Shown one piece after another: positions 47,316 to 52,709 of a DNA stretch of 52,709 bases. Position 1 is the first letter of the stretch; each line of letters opens with the position of its first letter. The translations under genes and the position numbers were made by a program. The stretch comes from a virus (Duplodnaviria > Caudoviricetes). The notes beneath the pieces were generated by a model. The model ran no database searches. It saw nothing but the letters and a program-made list of their open reading frames with translations, and had not been told where the DNA came from. The stretch is taken from positions 1-52,709 of IMG/VR virus record IMGVR_UViG_3300047300_000727, one strand, 5' to 3'.

Positions 47316-47318
47316 TAT
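47290..47318 (+). promoter_or_regulatory. Sigma70-like promoter
   Basis: TTGACA-17-TAATAT. Confidence 0.6.
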
Positions 47319-47353
47319 CTGCGTGTTGTAATAACGCAGATAGGGGAAAGTTA

Positions 47354-47629
47354 ATGAGTGGTGCTGAACTGTCGAGAGCCCTTGGAATTACCGAAGGTGT
47401 AGTGTCAAGGTATGCGCGTGGTAAGAACATGCCATCACAAAAGCGCATCAAAGAAATTGCTAGTATCACGGGTGTCACATTTACCGAGTGTGCTGCGATG
47501 TACTTAGTGGCGAACATTCGTTATCACTACGGGGAAGATGTTCTGAAGGCCGTGCAAGCTTACGGTCTGGATAACAGCGACGTTGCAGCGGTCGCACAAA
47601 TCATTGCTGCACTGAAGGGGAATCAGTAG
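47354..47629 (+). CDS. XRE/Cro-like HTH regulator
   Basis: AELSRALGITEGVVSRYARGKNMP. Confidence 0.8.
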   Translation: MSGAELSRALGITEGVVSRYARGKNMPSQKRIKEIASITGVTFTECAAMYLVANIRYHYGEDVLKAVQAYGLDNSDVAAVAQIIAALKGNQ

Positions 47630-47631
47630 TT

Positions 47632-48099
47632 ATGAACACGTATCAGGCAATCTGGACACAGACAGGTTCTGTGGCGCAAACAATTAGTGGAATCATCAAG
47701 CATCTTCGCGAGACGGAAGATGTACGCGTCGTCAATGCGGTCATAGGTATGGACACCAAAGGTGATCAACACGCTTGCAGTGCGAACGTAAAGTTTACGT
47801 TGGTCGGCAAGTATGAGCCAAAAGAGATTACGGTGGAAGTCAACACGCACTTTACACAAGTATCCATTGATCCGGAACTGAACTACGGAATCCGTGTAAT
47901 GGACACGGTCAGCTTTACCATTTCACGGATTACCGAAGATGACATCGAGCGCATCTGGATGTACACCGCAGATGAGTTTGATGACAACGCACACATGTGG
48001 AACCAGCATGTCAAGGAATCTGAGGTGATCAATGATTACTTTGATGAGTACAATCGTTGGCGTAAACACGATGCGATTTTCAACCCAAAGCATCCGTAA
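47632..48099 (+). CDS. Hypothetical protein
   Basis: GGGGAA RBS; 155 aa. Confidence 0.65.
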   Translation: MNTYQAIWTQTGSVAQTISGIIKHLRETEDVRVVNAVIGMDTKGDQHACSANVKFTLVGKYEPKEITVEVNTHFTQVSIDPELNYGIRVMDTVSFTISRITEDDIERIWMYTADEFDDNAHMWNQHVKESEVINDYFDEYNRWRKHDAIFNPKHP

Positions 48100-48267
48100 T
48101 AACTGACCAACATTTTATAGCCACAAGCTATGACGTCGGGACGGACGGACACGTGCTACATAAGGAACGCTCATATCCTAATATCGAGCAAATGTAGTGT
48201 GTGTCCAGCAAATTACAAAACACGCAAAGTCGTCACACACATTGACGCAAATGGGGATGTAGACAAA

Positions 48268-48756
48268 ATGGATAAATGTCCAAAGTGCGGAGTGCCCGCA
48301 ATGCAGGTAGTTGATGGTGAATGTATCGAGTGCCGATTGTTCCAAGTTCACCGCGATCCAGAACCTGTGACGTACGCAGACAAGCTCAAGGTGATGCTGT
48401 CTCAGGCAGGTACGGAATCGTTCTTTAGCCTGATGCCTCGTTTGTGGTCAGGAAGAATCGCATTTCGTGACTTGCCTGTGCCGACAGGTAAGGCAGTCAA
48501 GTATATGTTCTTTGATCGCGGTAACCTGGAGACGTTGTCAATGACTGTGCCAGACAACGCGATGATCAATACGAACATAAGCTTGCTTGACATGTCAGAC
48601 GACACATGGCATTTGCTACCGGAAGATATGGAGTTCAGCTGCCCGGTAGATGATCGCGAGATGCGGGCCATCAGGCTAATGAACAGACTGAAAAACCCAG
48701 AGTTTATGCGCTTCTTCGCGCACTGTGAACATGCCGAGACATGGATGCAGCAGTGA
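48268..48756 (+). CDS. Zn-ribbon plus DUF2829-like hypothetical protein
   Basis: MDKCPKCG...CIEC; SFFSLMPRLWSGRIAFR...LLDMSDDTWHLL; GGGGA RBS. Confidence 0.55.
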   Translation: MDKCPKCGVPAMQVVDGECIECRLFQVHRDPEPVTYADKLKVMLSQAGTESFFSLMPRLWSGRIAFRDLPVPTGKAVKYMFFDRGNLETLSMTVPDNAMINTNISLLDMSDDTWHLLPEDMEFSCPVDDREMRAIRLMNRLKNPEFMRFFAHCEHAETWMQQ

Positions 48757-48759
48757 CCG

Positions 48760-49048
48760 GGACGGACGGACGGACGGAGGCGCATACGCGTACATAGCGA
48801 GCGTACATAGCGCATAGTGAGCACGGTAGGTAAACAACCCGCCGTGCTTTTTCTTTGTCTCGTTGTGGAGCCTAGAATCGATTTCAGACTCCACAAACTA
48901 CAGAAGCTCGAACCAGGCACAGTGACCGCACGTAAGGCGCCCGCATCGCATGTATTCCCGCACGATAACGCACGTAACGCGCGTATATACGCTAACCCGA
49001 GACGGGCTGCTAAAACGGACGCAAGACGGACGGACGGACGGACGGACG
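48760..49048 (+). repeat. (GGAC)n tetranucleotide arrays in non-coding DNA
   Basis: Arrays at 48760-78 and 49025-48 (GACG x6); a third at 48139-50. Confidence 0.85.
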
Positions 49049-49403
49049 GGCAGGTGCATGTGTGTGTCTGCGTCGCAAATGTGCTCAAATCCAAGCCTGG
49101 CAGATCCACAGATTGCTGCACCTGGCATTGGATTCTAAATCGAACGGACATAATGACATGATCGCCAGGGATCGGACGTAGCTGCAAACCGGACGCAAAC
49201 GAACGCAAATTAAGCGCGTCATAGGTCAAGCTTGCGGATTTACAGGTCAAGGTATGCATGCGTTTTAGGATGTGCATAGGCGCAAATGGGCGCCACGCTT
49301 GGGTAGTAAATCACGTATATGCACCCGCGCACATCCGCGACCGGAAATTATCTGGAATCTCTCGGGCGCGCGTTTCCTTCTATAGCAAACCGATAGGATC
49401 AAA

Positions 49404-49532
49404 CCCGGTATTGATCGCCCGCTATACCGTCAAGGTGAAAACCTGCCCGGTGTAGCTGCCCGGTAGCAGGTGCACCCGGTAGCAGGTGCACCTGGTAGCA
49501 TGTCAAGCGCCCGCCCGGTATTGATCGCCCGC
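49404..49532 (+). repeat. Short direct repeats
   Basis: CCCGGTATTGATCGCCCGC at 49404 and 49514; tandem CCCGGTAGCAGGTGCA units near 49459-49500. Confidence 0.8.
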
Positions 49533-49576
49533 GGCCTGGCATTTGTTACACGTCAAAAATAGCTGCCCGCGTACCC

Positions 49577-49606
49577 TTGACATAATCGCGCCCATAGGCG
49601 TATAAC
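49577..49606 (+). promoter_or_regulatory. Strong sigma70-like early promoter
   Basis: TTGACA-18-TATAAC. Confidence 0.65.
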
Positions 49607-49635
49607 CAGACATCAATAAAGTTATGGGGGATTCT

Positions 49636-50193
49636 ATGGAACCAATTATTTTTAACCGGGCAGATATCCGCGAACTAGCGCGCGAAATGATCGCCCGCGG
49701 ATTTTGTACGGGCGTAAAACCTGTAGAATCGGATATTTCCGATTTTCGCGCCCGGTATGCTAGCGCGATCAAATACCTTCACCTGATCACGCTAGAATGT
49801 CCGCAAATGTCAAGCTTGACGTATACCGCGGGTGATTATGTACAAACTGGGCAGGGATACCAGAAAACGTTAATTCCGGGTGCAATGGTACAAAATGCCA
49901 TTGACGCGATCATGTATGAAATGTGCGAAAATTGCAGCGTTAAACCGGTTTTGTATTCTCAATATGACAATTTCGAATTGCGCGAAATTCAAGAGTGTCA
50001 TTATGCATTTGAACAAATCCAAAATGGGGATTTTGAATTTGTACGCGATCGCGCCTACGAATTAGGTATTGATGCATGCCATTTGGCATTTGATTCTGAA
50101 AATCAATTGATCATTACGATAAATGGTACGGATGTATACCGGGTTAAATTCCGGGTGTATTTTGGTGATCTCAGTATCGGGGAAATCGAATAA
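49636..50193 (+). CDS. Hypothetical early protein
   Basis: GGGGGA RBS before MEPIIF. Confidence 0.7.
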   Translation: MEPIIFNRADIRELAREMIARGFCTGVKPVESDISDFRARYASAIKYLHLITLECPQMSSLTYTAGDYVQTGQGYQKTLIPGAMVQNAIDAIMYEMCENCSVKPVLYSQYDNFELREIQECHYAFEQIQNGDFEFVRDRAYELGIDACHLAFDSENQLIITINGTDVYRVKFRVYFGDLSIGEIE

Positions 50194-50210
50194 AGGTATC
50201 GGGGGAAATT

Positions 50211-50969
50211 ATGAAAACACTAGTAACAGTTAGCAATTCGGGCGCGCTTGAAATGCGCCCGCGATCAAACCGGGCGGATATCTGCACGGCCGTAGAAAAA
50301 TCAGATAATGATAAAACCGGGCCAGTATCGGCTACATGGGTTGCACAAAATAGCTGCCCGTCAAGCTGCCCGCATATGGGCGCAGGTTGTTATGCGGAAA
50401 CTGGTATGGCCGGGTTTACTACCGCGCGCCTAAATAAGGCGGCAGGTGATCACCCGGAATTAACGCCCGCGGAAATTGCACAAATTGAGGCTGCAGGTAT
50501 TGACACATTGACGGGTAAACGCGACCTGCGGCTGCATGTAGTGGGAGATGCCCGCACGGATAAAGCTGCGCAGATTCTAGCGGCTGCGGCAGATAGGTAT
50601 ATCGCGCGCGGAAATGCTAAAGGCAAAAATGTACGCGTCTGGACGTACACACACGCCCGCGATACAAAACGTGCATCATGGGGGAGAATATCGGTTTTAC
50701 GATCGTGTGAAACCCTGCAACATGTCAAGGCGGCACATGCTGCGGGTTATGCTGCCGCGATCGTGATCCCGGAACATGTACACGATACCGCGTATCCAAT
50801 GGGCGAATTTACCGCTATACCCTGTCCAGAGCAAACCGGGCGGGCGGCAAATTGCCAAGCTTGTGGACTATGCATGCGCGATCAAATGCTGCATGCAAAT
50901 AAGCGGGTGATCGTATTTGCGGCACATGGGCAGGGTAAACGGAAAATGGTGCACCTGAAAACAGTTTAG
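50211..50969 (+). CDS. Cys-rich GP88/DUF7227-like protein (radical-SAM-like Cys pattern)
   Basis: SDNDKTG, CPSSCP...CYA, RLHVVGD, WTYTH, CPEQ...CQACGLC and FAAHG. Confidence 0.65.
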   Translation: MKTLVTVSNSGALEMRPRSNRADICTAVEKSDNDKTGPVSATWVAQNSCPSSCPHMGAGCYAETGMAGFTTARLNKAAGDHPELTPAEIAQIEAAGIDTLTGKRDLRLHVVGDARTDKAAQILAAAADRYIARGNAKGKNVRVWTYTHARDTKRASWGRISVLRSCETLQHVKAAHAAGYAAAIVIPEHVHDTAYPMGEFTAIPCPEQTGRAANCQACGLCMRDQMLHANKRVIVFAAHGQGKRKMVHLKTV

Positions 50970-51022
50970 CGTGCACCTGGTGCAACCTGGAAAAATACCC
51001 GCGTTATTTTTAGGCGCGGGTA

Positions 51023-51052
51023 TTGACACATTAGAGTATATGCCCGTACCAT
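51023..51052 (+). promoter_or_regulatory. Sigma70-like promoter overlapping a hairpin (50994-51024)
   Basis: TTGACA-18-TACCAT; stem AATACCCGCG/CGCGGGTATT. Confidence 0.55.
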
Positions 51053-51083
51053 TATGCATCAAACCGACAGGGTGGTAAATCAA

Positions 51084-51170
51084 ATGTTAATCGTTGCAAT
51101 CGTGGTAGTAGTATTGATCGCATTTAGCGCGGTCTGTGGTTCAAATGCACCCGGGCCATGGTCGAAATAA
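51084..51170 (+). CDS. 28-aa membrane micro-protein
   Basis: MLIVAIVVVVLIAFSAVCGSNAPGPWSK*. Confidence 0.55.
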   Translation: MLIVAIVVVVLIAFSAVCGSNAPGPWSK

Positions 51171-51262
51171 TGTTAATTACACTATGGGCGCTAACTGCCG
51201 CAGGTATCGCGGTATTGATTTGGGGATTGTACGAAATCGTTATTAATGACGCGACAATTTAG
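51170..51262 (+). CDS. 30-aa membrane micro-protein
   Basis: MLITLWALTAAGIAVLIWGLYEIVINDATI*; TAATG coupling. Confidence 0.55.
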   Translation: MLITLWALTAAGIAVLIWGLYEIVINDATI

Positions 51263-51276
51263 GGAGGTATGGGGAA

Positions 51277-51471
51277 ATGTCAATTGTACAGTTTTACGCG
51301 CTATATTTTAGCGTAGCCTATGTATGCATATGGGCGATCATGTTTGTAATTTATGGCATGCGTGACACCGCCTTAATGGCATGTGGGCGGGCCATTATCA
51401 CAAGCGCAAAGCTTTGTATTTCGGCGATCGCATTTTTGGTATTCCGATACTTTATCGGTTTGATGTACTAG
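51277..51471 (+). CDS. 64-aa two-TM membrane protein
   Basis: GGGAGG RBS; two hydrophobic helices. Confidence 0.6.
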   Translation: MSIVQFYALYFSVAYVCIWAIMFVIYGMRDTALMACGRAIITSAKLCISAIAFLVFRYFIGLMY

Positions 51472-51489
51472 GAAATCATGGGGGAAATT

Positions 51490-51741
51490 ATGGATCAGTT
51501 AAACACTATACACGTTACGATACACCTTAAAGGTGATCGCCTTATGCAACCTTCAAAATGCGCGTACGTACCATCATGGGATGATATTGATCGCCTTAAA
51601 TCAGGTTTAATTGACGCGATCACAACCGGGCAGATAACGCAGGAATTTTTGACGGGCGCGATCATATCGGCATGCAAGCTTGCAGAATTTGACACCCGGA
51701 AATTCAAATTTGACGGATTAGAATGGGTTAAGGTGTATTGA
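51490..51741 (+). CDS. Hypothetical early protein
   Basis: GGGGAAATT-ATG start (MDQLNT). Confidence 0.65.
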   Translation: MDQLNTIHVTIHLKGDRLMQPSKCAYVPSWDDIDRLKSGLIDAITTGQITQEFLTGAIISACKLAEFDTRKFKFDGLEWVKVY

Positions 51742-51742
51742 C

Positions 51743-51856
51743 ATGATCGTATTAATCGCGCTTATTTTGTTATCTGCGGCCGTGCTAGCTGCCGCGATCG
51801 CGTGTAGTACTTTGTGGCATGCTGCCGATACTTTAGAGAAATATAACGCGGAATAA
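51743..51856 (+). CDS. 37-aa membrane micro-protein
   Basis: MIVLIALILLSAAVLAAAIACSTLWHAADTLEKYNAE*. Confidence 0.55.
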   Translation: MIVLIALILLSAAVLAAAIACSTLWHAADTLEKYNAE

Positions 51857-51878
51857 TACGCGTAAAACGTCAAGCTTT

Positions 51879-51905
51879 AAACCGGGCATTATCGCCCGGT
51901 TTTTT
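51879..51905 (+). terminator. Intrinsic terminator closing the early operon
   Basis: AAACCGGGC-attatc-GCCCGGTTT-TTT. Confidence 0.8.
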
Positions 51906-52122
51906 CTATTTACGGGCATATTCTCAACTGATCCTATAATGCCCGCGTACGGGCAAAATTCAGGCCCGTATGATGTCAAGCTACACCCGGTAGTATTCGG
52001 CCCGTGTAGCTGCAGATATGCGCCCGGTAGGATATCGCCCGGTATCGCTGCGGATACCTTGACGGGCAGATACACGCCCGGTTACATGCCCGCGATCACC
52101 TGCAACGATATACACGCTGCAA

Positions 52123-52190
52123 CCCGCTACACGCCCGCTACACGCCCGCTACACGCCCGCTACACGCCCGGTTACACGCCCGGTTACACG
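52123..52190 (+). repeat. Tandem 11/12-bp repeat
   Basis: CCCGCTACACG x4, then CCCGGTTACACG x2. Confidence 0.9.
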
Positions 52191-52709
52191 TCAAGCGCCC
52201 GGAATACACCCGGTACGCGATCACCTGGATGCATGCACCCGGAATACCTGGATGCACCATACGCCCGGTTTACATCAAATCCAGGTGCACCATTTACCCG
52301 CGTCCAGGCGATCACCTGCTACCCTTAATTATTTACATTAGGCTACATCCCCGCATTTACTACACGCCCGTACATTATGTAATACGCCCGTGTATCTTGA
52401 CATTTACCCGGTACGGGTAAACATGCCCGCGATCATATAACGCCCGTATATGGCCAATATAGGCGCCCGTGTAGCTGCAGGTGTAGCCGTACGAAATACC
52501 GCCCGGGCGTAACATTTAGAAATTCTAAATTTAGGATCACCTTAAATATTTATCCTGCGGGCGCTATTACGTAAAACCGGGCAAATGTAAGAATTGCAGC
52601 GTGTCAAGCTTGACACGATCAATAGACTTTGTGCAGCTTGAATATCGGGATATCTGGTAAATACCACCACCTGCTACCTGCGCATTCTATTCCCTGTGTC
52701 ACATTAGAG

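Larger units (their letters stand above)
32194..52709 (+). mobile_element. Phage B: partial genome of a second, related but divergent siphovirus (tail, recombination/replication and early modules)
   Basis: Second neck/tail gene set, second ERF and a different replication module. Lower GC (sample line 36481: 25/60 GC versus line 25861: 39/60). No head genes in the window. Confidence 0.75.

Noticed and set aside
48402-49277. 291-aa minus-strand ORF and the overlapping plus-strand ORF 48817..49161
   Set aside because: They translate the GGAC repeats (PSVRPSVR, RTDGRTDG), lack an RBS, and the long one overlaps a better plus-strand gene.
52123-52190. CRISPR array
   Set aside because: Units are 11-12 bp and contiguous, with no spacers and no cas genes.
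51939-52420. ORFs 51939..52328 and 52229..52420
   Set aside because: Low-complexity products of tandem repeats downstream of a terminator.
1-52709. tRNA, rRNA, integrase, transposase or stop-codon recoding
   Set aside because: None recognised by eye. Genes are intact in the standard code and all three stop codons end genes. tRNAscan-SE would be needed to exclude a tRNA formally.

Overview
The window holds two distinct siphovirus-type tailed-phage genomes joined end to end. Phage A (1-32066, GC-richer) looks like a complete circularly permuted 32,066-bp genome. It has tail genes, a CHAP endolysin, a metallophosphoesterase, ERF, a ParB-like gene, a sigma-70 factor, VRR-NUC, a RepB-type primase and AAA_25 helicase with a likely origin, HNH, terminase, portal, protease, an HK97 capsid and a beta-helix fibre gene. 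Bases 1-127 recur exactly at 32067-32193, inside a conserved segment of the fibre gene. After that point the sequence continues as a partial, AT-richer phage B with a second tail module, ERF, a Gam-like gene, a lambda-O-like initiator, DUF1064 and an early region. The exact 127-nt overlap suggests an assembly-graph join (k=127) at a fibre segment the two phages really share. Main candidate new system: right after the homologous last tail gene, each phage has a minus-strand two-hairpin small-RNA cassette. Its loop is antisense to the ribosome-binding signature of that phage's own early/replication genes (GGGGAAATTATG in B, GGAAGGA(A/G)TCA in A). Other findings: a 3.5-kb end region of B with a sharply restricted, strand-symmetric k-mer vocabulary bordered by (GGAC)n arrays; unannotated membrane micro-ORFs; -1 frameshift tail chaperones in both phages; duplicated tail-tube genes; DUF2829/Tad2-like domains; and recurrent short palindromes. 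All family calls come from motif recognition by eye, not database searches.
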